Source of the DNA: Phycisphaerae bacterium | Lineage (GTDB): Bacteria > Planctomycetota > Phycisphaerae > JAJVII01 | Assembly (NCBI GenBank): GCA_022072085.1 | Contig: JAJVII010000046.1 | Span: 6,597-70,596 of the forward strand | DNA: 64,000 bases | Direction: 5' to 3' | Shown: in pieces, positions 35,435 to 43,092 of the stretch | How positions within the stretch are numbered: position 1 is the stretch's first letter | Layout of the letters: every line of letters begins with the position of its first letter | Notes under the pieces: model-generated | What the model saw: the letters and a program-made list of their open reading frames with translations, nothing else | Databases searched by the model: none | What the model was told of the DNA's origin: nothing | Program-made: the position numbers and the translations under genes

Positions 35435-36564
35435 TGTTCGACCGCATCCGGCACATGCTGATCAAGGAGTTCATCCAGGTCTTCCGCGACCCGCGGACGC
35501 GGTTCGTCATCTTCGCCATCCCGGTGATCCAGACCATCGTGTTCAGTTACGCCGTCACAACCGACGTCAAGCACATCAAGCTGGCGATCCTCGACCGCGA
35601 CAACAGCGTGGCCAGCCGCGAGCTGGCGGCCCGGTTCGTGGAGTCCGGCTATTTCGACCCGGTCGCCCGCCCGTCCGACGAGCGCGAGGTCCGCGACCTG
35701 GTCGACCGCGGCGACGCCCAGGCCGTGCTCGAGATCGACGCCGGCTTCCAGGGCGATCTGCAATCCGGGCGGACGGCCGTCGTGCAGCTTGTCGTGGACG
35801 GCACGGACTCGAACACCGCCGGCATCATCGCCAGCTACGCCGGGCGGATCGCGACCGACTACGCCGGTCGGCTGATGATCCAGCGGCTGGCGCGGCTGGG
35901 GCAACTGACCGGTCCGCCGGCCCAGGTGGAGCTGGACACGCGGGCGTGGTTCAACGAGAACCTCGAGAGCCGCAACTACTTTGTGCCCGGCGTGATCGTG
36001 CTCATCATCACGCTGGTGACGCTGCTGCTGACGGCCATGTCGATCGTCCGCGAGAAGGAGGTGGGCACGATCGAGCAGATCATGGTCGCACCGATCCGCC
36101 GCATCGAATTCATCCTGGGCAAGACGGCGCCGTTCGTGCTGATCGCGTTCCTGGACGTGACGATCATCTCGCTGGTGGCGGTGCTCTGGTTCGGCGTGCC
36201 GATCCGCGGCAGCATTCCGCTGCTGTTCCTGGCCACCGCGGTCTACCTGCTGACCACGCTGAGCCTGGGCCTGCTCATCTCGACGGTCAGCCGAACCCAG
36301 CAGCAGGCAATGATGAGCGTCTTCTTCTTCTTCATGCCGGCGGTTCTGCTCAGCGGGTTCGTCTTCCCGATCGCCAACATGCCCGTGCCGGTGCAGTGGC
36401 TGACCTACCTCAACCCGCTGCGTTACGTCATCACCATCGTGCGAGGCATCTTCCTCAAGGGCATCGGCCTGGCCATCCTCTGGCCGCAGTTCGTCGCGCT
36501 GGTCGGAATGGGCGCCGCCCTGCTGGCGCTGGCGTCGCGGCGGTTCCACAAGTCGATGGGCTGA
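35434..36564 (+). CDS. ABC-2 family transporter permease (YbhR-like)
   Basis: ATG 35434 overlaps previous stop (TGATG); paralogous N-terminus MLIKEFIQVFRDPRTR. Confidence 0.85.
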   Translation: MFDRIRHMLIKEFIQVFRDPRTRFVIFAIPVIQTIVFSYAVTTDVKHIKLAILDRDNSVASRELAARFVESGYFDPVARPSDEREVRDLVDRGDAQAVLEIDAGFQGDLQSGRTAVVQLVVDGTDSNTAGIIASYAGRIATDYAGRLMIQRLARLGQLTGPPAQVELDTRAWFNENLESRNYFVPGVIVLIITLVTLLLTAMSIVREKEVGTIEQIMVAPIRRIEFILGKTAPFVLIAFLDVTIISLVAVLWFGVPIRGSIPLLFLATAVYLLTTLSLGLLISTVSRTQQQAMMSVFFFFMPAVLLSGFVFPIANMPVPVQWLTYLNPLRYVITIVRGIFLKGIGLAILWPQFVALVGMGAALLALASRRFHKSMG

Positions 36565-36580
36565 TCCCCGGCGGCGACGC

Positions 36581-38332
36581 CTACGGGCCGCTGCCGATCC
36601 AGTCGCGAATCTTGCGGAACGGCTCGACGCGGACCTTCGGCTCACCGGCCGTGCCGGAGACGACGACCGTGTAGACCTGGGCCAGCACTTCCTTGGCCAC
36701 CTGGCTGGCGATCTTGCCGCCCTCCGCGCCGATCTTGCCAAGGACGTCCAGAACCGGGCTGCCGCTGCTGGTCTTCTCGCCCCCCTCCTCGCTGGCGAGC
36801 ACCGTCGCCACCTTCTCGATCGGCCCGCCGTTGAGCAGCAGGTTCAGGCGGCTGTCGAACCACGCGTCGCCGTAGCCGGTGACCGCGTAGGTCGGCGCCT
36901 GGGCGAGAATCTTCGTGAAGTGAACCTTGTCCCCGGCGAACCGGAACCGCAGGTCCGCGCTGTCGCTGTCGGCGGCGCCGGGCGGGCGGCCGGTGATGAC
37001 CGACTGGACCTTCTCGGCCAGCGCCTGGCCGATCTGGGCGAGCACCGGCAACTGCGTCACGCGGCCCTCGCTCAGCGTCAGCCACCCGTCGCCGCCGGCC
37101 TGCGTCGTGATCTGCGCCATCGGGCCCGTCAGCGTCACCTCGGCGTTGACCAGCCCCTTATACTTTGCCTGGCCCTGCCCGCCGCCCGCCGCCCGCAGCG
37201 TGTCCTCGATGCGGATGTTGTCGGCCTTGAGGTAGACGCGTCCCGGCAGATCGCCGCCGAGCGTCACGTCCGCCGTCGCGTGCACCGCGCCGCGCAGCGT
37301 CTGCGCGTCCAGCGACTGCACGATCGCGTGGCCGCCCTTCAGCTGCGCCACGGCCTTGAGGTCCTGGGCCTCGCCCTTGTATTCGCCCGCGACGAAGTGG
37401 CACTGCTCCATGCCCAGGTTCACCGACAGGTCGGCAGCCGTCGGATCGCCCAGGGGCAGCCGCCCCGACGCCGTCAGCTTCAACTCGCCGGTCACCTCGT
37501 GCTCGCGCAGCAGGGACTGAAGCTGCGGCGGGAGCTTCTCGTATTGCGACGGGCCGAGTTGGATGTTCAGCCCCAGCGTGTCCAGCGCCAGCACGATGTG
37601 GTCCAGGTCCAACCGACCCTTGCCGTCCACCTCGAAGACCGGCTTGCGGTCCATCGCCAGGGCCAGTTGATACCACCCCTGCTCGTCCTTCTGGATGTCC
37701 ATGCGGCTGTTGATGCCGTCCAGCTTCATCGGCGGCTGGCCGTCGGCCCGCGATTCGTAGTCCACTTCCCCCTCGATGATCTGGAGCAGGACGATCTGGA
37801 ACACGTCGCTGAGGCGGACCTCCTGGCCCGGCTCGGGCTGGCCGGACGTCTCGCCGCCCCCACCCGACGGGGCAGGCACCGGCGGCCGCCCGCGTTCCTC
37901 CTTCTTCTTCACGAAGTTCGCGAAGCCGATGAACTGGCCGTCGCCGCGGGCCGCGATCGCGTTGATGTGCGGATGGTCGAGAATCAGTTGCTTGATCCGG
38001 ATGGGCTTGTCCTTGCTGGGAATCTCCGCCAGCTCCAGCCGCAGCTTGTCAACCTTGACCACGTCGAGGGTCTTGCCCGGGTTGTCCGGGTCGTCAGCCG
38101 TCAGGCGGAAGTTGGTCAGCAGGACCGTATACGGCCGCTGGTAGTCGATGTCGTCGAACTCGACCTTCGGGTTCAGGTAGGCGCCTGCGATGGACTTGAT
38201 CTGGTTGCCGATCCATCGCTCCAGCGGCGACGTGCCGGCCATCCCCATCCACCACCACGCCCCCACGACCGCCGCCGCAAGGACAACCAGGCCGATCAGA
38301 GAATAGCGAACGATCTTGAACTTGGCTGCCAA
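36581..38332 (-). CDS. AsmA-like / DUF748-like membrane-anchored protein
   Basis: 583 aa; single N-terminal TM (SLIGLVVLAAAVVGAWWWMG), then long beta-rich region; family assignment tentative. Confidence 0.55.
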   Translation of the reverse strand: MAAKFKIVRYSLIGLVVLAAAVVGAWWWMGMAGTSPLERWIGNQIKSIAGAYLNPKVEFDDIDYQRPYTVLLTNFRLTADDPDNPGKTLDVVKVDKLRLELAEIPSKDKPIRIKQLILDHPHINAIAARGDGQFIGFANFVKKKEERGRPPVPAPSGGGGETSGQPEPGQEVRLSDVFQIVLLQIIEGEVDYESRADGQPPMKLDGINSRMDIQKDEQGWYQLALAMDRKPVFEVDGKGRLDLDHIVLALDTLGLNIQLGPSQYEKLPPQLQSLLREHEVTGELKLTASGRLPLGDPTAADLSVNLGMEQCHFVAGEYKGEAQDLKAVAQLKGGHAIVQSLDAQTLRGAVHATADVTLGGDLPGRVYLKADNIRIEDTLRAAGGGQGQAKYKGLVNAEVTLTGPMAQITTQAGGDGWLTLSEGRVTQLPVLAQIGQALAEKVQSVITGRPPGAADSDSADLRFRFAGDKVHFTKILAQAPTYAVTGYGDAWFDSRLNLLLNGGPIEKVATVLASEEGGEKTSSGSPVLDVLGKIGAEGGKIASQVAKEVLAQVYTVVVSGTAGEPKVRVEPFRKIRDWIGSGP

Positions 38333-38403
38333 GGTGCATGATCCTCTCTGCCCCCATGAACGAGCGGGACGCTCAATTATAGACCCTGCGCGACGCCGGC
38401 CCA

Positions 38404-38543
38404 GGGGTCAGGGGTCAGGCGTCAGGGGTCAGGCGTCAGGGATCAGGGGTCAGGGGTCAGAGATCAGGGGTCAGGGGTCAAGGATCAGGGGTCAGAGATC
38501 AGGGGTCAGGGAACAGAGGCTCGGGGACAGAGGCTGGAGGTCA
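38404..38543. repeat. heptanucleotide tandem array, consensus GGGGTCA, about 20 units (first 15 well conserved)
   Basis: Read directly: GGGGTCA GGGGTCA GGCGTCA GGGGTCA GGCGTCA GGGATCA ... decaying toward 38543. Confidence 0.9.
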
Positions 38544-38553
38544 GGAGCGGCGA

Positions 38554-38606
38554 TTCTTCTCCCTCTCCCTCGTCCCCGAGGGAGAGGGCCGGGGTGAGGG
38601 TTCTTC
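38554..38606. repeat. REP-like hairpin element copy B (intergenic)
   Basis: 11-bp perfect stem CCCTCTCCCTC (38561-38571) / GAGGGAGAGGG (38578-38588); 26-nt tail identical to 7008-7033. Confidence 0.8.
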
Positions 38607-38703
38607 ACTCCGCACTCCGCACTCCGCATTCCGCATTCCGCACTTCGCATTCCGCTCTCCGCACTCCTCCGTCCGCACTCTTCACTCAGCACTCGCCACT
38701 CTG
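38606..38703. repeat. heptanucleotide tandem array, consensus CACTCCG, about 14 units
   Basis: CACTCCG x3, CATTCCG x2, CACTTCG, CATTCCG, CTCTCCG ... read directly from sequence. Confidence 0.9.
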
Positions 38704-38889
38704 TATTCGCCTGCATTGGCCTGTGATGGCCTGTATCTGCGCCGGCCGAGCCCGGCCAACGCGATTGGCCGCGTCCGACCGCGTCGGGGGTATCCGGGGT
38801 AGGGGCAGGTCGGCCGATCGCCTGCCAGACCCCTTGGCCCCCGGCCAAACGCATTCTGTGAGGTGTCCCGGCCCCAAGCGTGGGAGTCT

Positions 38890-39723
38890 CTACTCACACT
38901 GAGGCGGCGGGCCGGCGTAGGCGTAGGCGGCGACGGCCGGGGGGCCGGTCAGCCAGCCCAGCGATGCCAGGAACCCGTCAACCGCCTCCAGCGTGGAGGT
39001 GAACATGCGATTCTTCCCGTCGAAGTAGTTGAAGAAGCCGTGGCCCTGGCCGGGATACTCGATCAGGTCGCAGCGGTTGCCCAGGCGGGTCATCGCTTCG
39101 CGGAACCGGCGCGACTCGTCCACGCTGACGACCTTGTCGTCCACGCCGTGCATCAGCAGCGCGGGCGGCAGCCCCGGCCGCACGTGCTCCATCGGCGACA
39201 GCGCCCGGGCCGGACCGTGCCCGCCGAACAGTCCGATCCGGCGCGTCGAGGCCGTCAGATCCAGCGCGGGGTTGAACAGCACCAGCGCGTCGGCGGCGCA
39301 ACTGACGGCCAGGTTCTCGCCGGGCTCGTCGAACCCCTCGATCAGCGTGGTGGCCGACGCCACCTGCGCGCCGGCAGACCCGCCCGCGGCCGCGATCCGC
39401 TGCGGGTCGATCCCCAGTTCGTCCGCGTGGGTCCGGACCCAGCGGAGAGCCGAGCGGGCGTCGGTCGTGCAGAACGCCGGCGAATCCACGTGCCGTTCCA
39501 GGACGCGGACCTCGACAGTCATGGCGACCATGCCGCGCTGGGCCAGGTAGGCGCACTGCGGATAGAACTTTGCAGGGTTGAAGCCCCGCCAGCCGCCGCA
39601 GACAACGAAGAGGATGCCCGGGCTGGGGCGCGAGGCCGTCGCAGGATCGAACACGTGCAACTGAAGCGACACCTGCGGCGTAACTTTATAGACGACCAAC
39701 CGAGGACGTGCCATGATGATCAA
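38890..39723 (-). CDS. alpha/beta hydrolase (esterase/lipase-like)
   Basis: Oxyanion-type FVVCGGWRG, nucleophile elbow GGSAG (IAAAGGSAGAQ), C-terminal His in GQGHGFF. Confidence 0.8.
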   Translation of the reverse strand: MIIMARPRLVVYKVTPQVSLQLHVFDPATASRPSPGILFVVCGGWRGFNPAKFYPQCAYLAQRGMVAMTVEVRVLERHVDSPAFCTTDARSALRWVRTHADELGIDPQRIAAAGGSAGAQVASATTLIEGFDEPGENLAVSCAADALVLFNPALDLTASTRRIGLFGGHGPARALSPMEHVRPGLPPALLMHGVDDKVVSVDESRRFREAMTRLGNRCDLIEYPGQGHGFFNYFDGKNRMFTSTLEAVDGFLASLGWLTGPPAVAAYAYAGPPPQCE

Positions 39724-39844
39724 TTCCGCGGCCGTTGAGAGATGACGTTCGGCCGCTAACGAGGCATTCTAGCACCGCCGGGGGCCGGCTGTCCAGAAGC
39801 TGTCTCAAGACCTACGCGGGATCGCGCAGGTCTTGAAACAGTTT

Positions 39845-40777
39845 CTACTGCCTCATGAGGGTGCAGGCGGCGCAGGCGGGCCAATCGCGGAAGTCGCCCC
39901 GGCCGGCTGCCTCGCGCAGGCGGCGGTAGGGCTCGTCATTCCAGACCTCGGACAGCGTCCGATCCTTCACGTTGCCCAGGACGATCTGGTGGTCGGAGAC
40001 CACGCAGCAGGGGCACACGTCGCCGTTGTGCTTGATGACCGCGAAGCCAAATGGGAAGCGGCAGGGCCGGGGGGCCGGCGTCGGCGGCGGAGGCACAGGC
40101 ACGACCCGGCCGTCGCGGCCGACGTACTGGATGCCGTCCAGCCGCGTCAGCGGCGCGACGGTGATGACGTCGCACCAGGGCCGCCAGAACCGGGCGTACT
40201 CCTTTACGAACTGCTCGTCCTCCTGGTAACGCTCCCAGTGCAGCTCGATCTGCATGGGCGAACCGGCTTCGTCGCGCAGGCGGTGCAGCGTGCGGATGTT
40301 CTGCACGACCGTCTCGAACCGCGCCCCGCGGCGGATTTGCTCGTAACGCTCCCGGGTATATGCCTCGACCGAGAAGGCGATGCGCTGGAGGCCCGACGCG
40401 ATCAGCCCGCGGGCCGTCTCCTCGTCCACCAGCGTGCCGTTGGTGACCATCCGGACCTGGATGCCGCGCTCGACCGCGTGGGCGATCAATTCGACCAGCC
40501 GCGGGTGGAGGAACGACTCGCCCATGTTCTGGAGGCTGATGCTGTCGCCCGGCTGGTCGGCGATCTCGTCAAGCAGCCGCGCCGCCATCTCGAACGGCAT
40601 GTCGCCGCGCGGGGCGGTCAGGCGGTCGTGGTTGCACATGATGCAGCGGAGGTTGCACCGGCTGGTGAGCTGGATGTTGATCGACCGCGGGAACGGCGGA
40701 GCCGGCCGCACGCGCGCCGGCGGCGGAACCCGCCGGGCCGACACGACCGGCGACGGTAGCGTTCGAGGAAGCGCCAT
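39845..40777 (-). CDS. radical SAM / SPASM domain protein
   Basis: ATG 40777 preferred over TTG 40876; cluster QLTSRCNLRCIMC; SPASM-like CRFPFGFAVIKHNGDVCPCC ... WPACAAC. Confidence 0.8.
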   Translation of the reverse strand: MALPRTLPSPVVSARRVPPPARVRPAPPFPRSINIQLTSRCNLRCIMCNHDRLTAPRGDMPFEMAARLLDEIADQPGDSISLQNMGESFLHPRLVELIAHAVERGIQVRMVTNGTLVDEETARGLIASGLQRIAFSVEAYTRERYEQIRRGARFETVVQNIRTLHRLRDEAGSPMQIELHWERYQEDEQFVKEYARFWRPWCDVITVAPLTRLDGIQYVGRDGRVVPVPPPPTPAPRPCRFPFGFAVIKHNGDVCPCCVVSDHQIVLGNVKDRTLSEVWNDEPYRRLREAAGRGDFRDWPACAACTLMRQ

Positions 40778-40872
40778 CGCTGCGGACTCCTGACCCGGGC
40801 ACGGCTGACGGACTCGCCGCCGATGCCCCCTTGGTATCGGCTGGTTCCGGCTTCGGAATTGAGAGTTGTCCG

Positions 40873-42183
40873 TCAAGATCCCCGCGGGTCGGCGACGCGG
40901 CCCATGAACAGGATCGTGCCGGTCGCGCGGTGGCGGATCAGGAAGATGAAGGGGTGGTCGGCTCGGAAAACCTTGGGGTGCTCGGGCTCGACGGGCATGG
41001 CCGTCCCGACCATCATCACGGCCGTCGCGGCGGCGGCCTCGGTGCCCTCCTCGTCCACGGCGACGAAGGCCTTGTGGATCACCTCGCTGATGCAGAGCTT
41101 CTCGTGCGTGGCCATGCCGGAGAAGTCGGCTTTGTCCATATCGAACGCGTCGGTCATGCCCATGGCCTTGAGCGTGTCAGCCAGGGCGAACTCGGCGGCG
41201 AACTTGAACTTCGGCAGCGAGAGCTCGACTTCCTCGTGCCGCATCGCGGCCAGCCAGCCGTTCAGCTTGCCCGCCTGGATCGACTTTTCCACGTCGGCCA
41301 GCCCGTCGGCCTTCTTCGGCAGCAGCACGACCATGTCCAGGTCGCCGAGTTTGTAGGGCAACGACAGCATCTGAACCTGTTCGTTCTCGCCGTAGGCAAA
41401 CCGGTGCTGCTTGTGCATCATCGGGACCTTCGCGGTCTTGTCGGCTGACAGCTTGAAATCCTCGTCGCGGGTCAGTTCCTTGACGAACTTGTCCTGCCAG
41501 TTGCTCTTGAAGTAGATCGCGTTGGTGAGCACCAGCCGCGTGTCGGGCGTCAGGGCGCCGGGGGGGATCAGGTCCTTGATCTTCTCGCGGGTCTGGTCGG
41601 AGACCCAGTCGTTGATGGTCTTGCGGGCCGCATCGGGCTGGGCGAACTCGACCTGCTCCAGCCCCGCCCGGTAGGACTTCTTCAGGAGGCCCAGGAACTC
41701 CGGCACGAAGGCGTAGCCCTTCTGGCCCCACAGGGCGTTGGCGACGCTCAACTGGTAGGCCGGCTTTTTCACCGGCTTGGGCTGCCCGCCGTCCGGCGGG
41801 AACTCATACTCGGTCGCCTGGCCCGGCGTGTTCAGCGAGGTCACCAGCCGGGCGAACGCGTCGCTCAGCCGATCGCGCGGCAGGTCGTAGTGCAGCGTCG
41901 CAGCCATCTGATCGGCGGTCCGGCCTTTGGCCCCGGCCCAGGTCATCGCCAGGGCCGTGTCGATGGACGCCGGCGAGAAGAAGAGGTTGCCTTCCTTCGC
42001 GGCCGCCAACCTGGCGTAGAGGTCCGCGGCCAGTGCGTTGCAGCCCTGGGCCAGTTTCTGCGAGTCGGCCTTGACCGGCTCATCGGGCGCGGCCTCTGTC
42101 GGCTCGGGCGCCCCGGCCCGGGCGACCAGGGCCAGCCCCATCAGGATCACGGCGACTTCGACGGTCGTTGCGGCCATCTTCAT
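40873..42183 (-). CDS. serpin family protease inhibitor, secreted
   Basis: ATG 42183 with AAGGAG 6 nt upstream; signal peptide; serpin motifs FFSPASIDTALAMTWAGA, NAIYFKSNWQDKF, inhibitory hinge EEGTEAAAATA, FRADHPFIFLIRH. Confidence 0.9.
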   Translation of the reverse strand: MKMAATTVEVAVILMGLALVARAGAPEPTEAAPDEPVKADSQKLAQGCNALAADLYARLAAAKEGNLFFSPASIDTALAMTWAGAKGRTADQMAATLHYDLPRDRLSDAFARLVTSLNTPGQATEYEFPPDGGQPKPVKKPAYQLSVANALWGQKGYAFVPEFLGLLKKSYRAGLEQVEFAQPDAARKTINDWVSDQTREKIKDLIPPGALTPDTRLVLTNAIYFKSNWQDKFVKELTRDEDFKLSADKTAKVPMMHKQHRFAYGENEQVQMLSLPYKLGDLDMVVLLPKKADGLADVEKSIQAGKLNGWLAAMRHEEVELSLPKFKFAAEFALADTLKAMGMTDAFDMDKADFSGMATHEKLCISEVIHKAFVAVDEEGTEAAAATAVMMVGTAMPVEPEHPKVFRADHPFIFLIRHRATGTILFMGRVADPRGS

Positions 42184-42399
42184 GTGCGGCTCCTTGGGTT
42201 GTCCGACGCCTCGCTTATCCATGCACGTTCCTATCATACCCGATGGCGGGGTTGCGCGGGCGGTCCCGCGGCCCGGCACAAGCCAACGGAAGTGGCGACG
42301 GCGGGCAGCCGATAGGGTATAATAGGGGCCCGGCCGATGGAGCCGGCAACGTTCTTTGACAGATCGGCCGACGCTGTCTGCGGACGCGTCGTGCCTGTC

Positions 42400-42748
42400 G
42401 GGGGCGACAGGTTTCGACCGGACGAGTGACGGTGAAGGTGGCGTGCCCAGGTTGTCAGGAGGCCTGGTAAAACACCTGGCAATTTAAATTTACTTGCCAA
42501 TTCCAATTTGGCTCTGGCTGCGTAACACGTAGCCCGTCTGCCCGGTCTTGCCCGCGAGGCTGGAGCAGGCGAAAAACAGCGGGCTGGCTGGCGTGATGCC
42601 CGGTAAACGCCGGCGAGACTAATCGGGCTGGTCCGATGCGGATCCTGTCGACCGGAGCCGCAAAGGGCGAGACTCAAACGACCGACTACGCACGTAGAAG
42701 CCTCACTGCTGCCGTTACGGGACCGGGGTTCAATTCCCCGCGCCTCCA
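42400..42748 (+). ncRNA. ssrA: tmRNA (transfer-messenger RNA)
   Basis: 5' GGGGGCGACAGGTTTCGAC; 3' tRNA-like end GGACCGGGGTTCAATTCCCCGCGCCTCCA. The 7-bp acceptor stem has G3-U pairing. Internal tag frame ends ..ANSNLALAA-TAA (stop 42523-42525). CCA is not encoded. Confidence 0.9.
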
Positions 42749-42779
42749 GTTTCGAGTGGTTCTCGAAACCGTCTCTATC

Positions 42780-42817
42780 GTAGCAGGCCGTCCCGGAACA
42801 CCGGGACGGCCTGCTAC
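42780..42817 (+). terminator. hairpin terminator downstream of ssrA
   Basis: Perfect 17-bp stem GTAGCAGGCCGTCCCGG / CCGGGACGGCCTGCTAC with AACA loop, followed by GTTTCT; a smaller 8-bp hairpin lies at 42749-42769. Confidence 0.65.
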
Positions 42818-43092
42818 GTTTCTGGGCCCATTTCGCAGGGGTTTTCGCAAGGTGGACCGCGCCTGCGGGCTGCCCCTCGTCGGACTCGCTCGCCCTGTCT
42901 CGGCCCCGTTTTCGCCCTTTTCGTCTCTGTTTGGCCGAGATATCTCTGTTTCGTCGGACACGGCCCCAACGAGTCCGATGAGACGTAAGCAGCTTGTCCG
43001 TCGCGAGTTGCCAAAAAACGCTCATCGGACCCGAGCAAAGTTCGATGCCGGGCGCAGGGAGTAGCAAGCGTTCCATCGAAATTGGAGACGGC

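Noticed and set aside
38316-38597. ORF encoding a Gly/Arg repeat peptide (RGQGSGVRGQASGIRGQGS...).
   Set aside because: It is simply the translation of the GGGGTCA heptamer array. A 7-nt unit cycles through all three frames, there is no start context, and it is intergenic.
38404-38703. Possible CRISPR array.
   Set aside because: The repeats are contiguous 7-nt units without spacers. There is no 25-40-nt repeat/spacer periodicity and no cas genes in the window.
42355-42360. TTGACA hexamer about 40 nt upstream of ssrA as a -35 box.
   Set aside because: No acceptable -10 hexamer lies at 16-18 nt spacing (TGCGGA), so I do not call a promoter.
42971-43032. 12-bp inverted repeat (GAGTCCGATGAG / CTCATCGGACCC) downstream of the HNH gene, and several TTTTCG repeats at 42840-42960, as a possible terminator or att/arm sites.
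   Set aside because: The loop is about 38 nt with one mismatch and no T-tract. No second copy of any ssrA-derived sequence was found to define an att site.
42234-43076. 280-aa minus-strand ORF.
   Set aside because: It runs antisense across the whole tmRNA gene and its terminator and has no motif. The tmRNA assignment explains the region.
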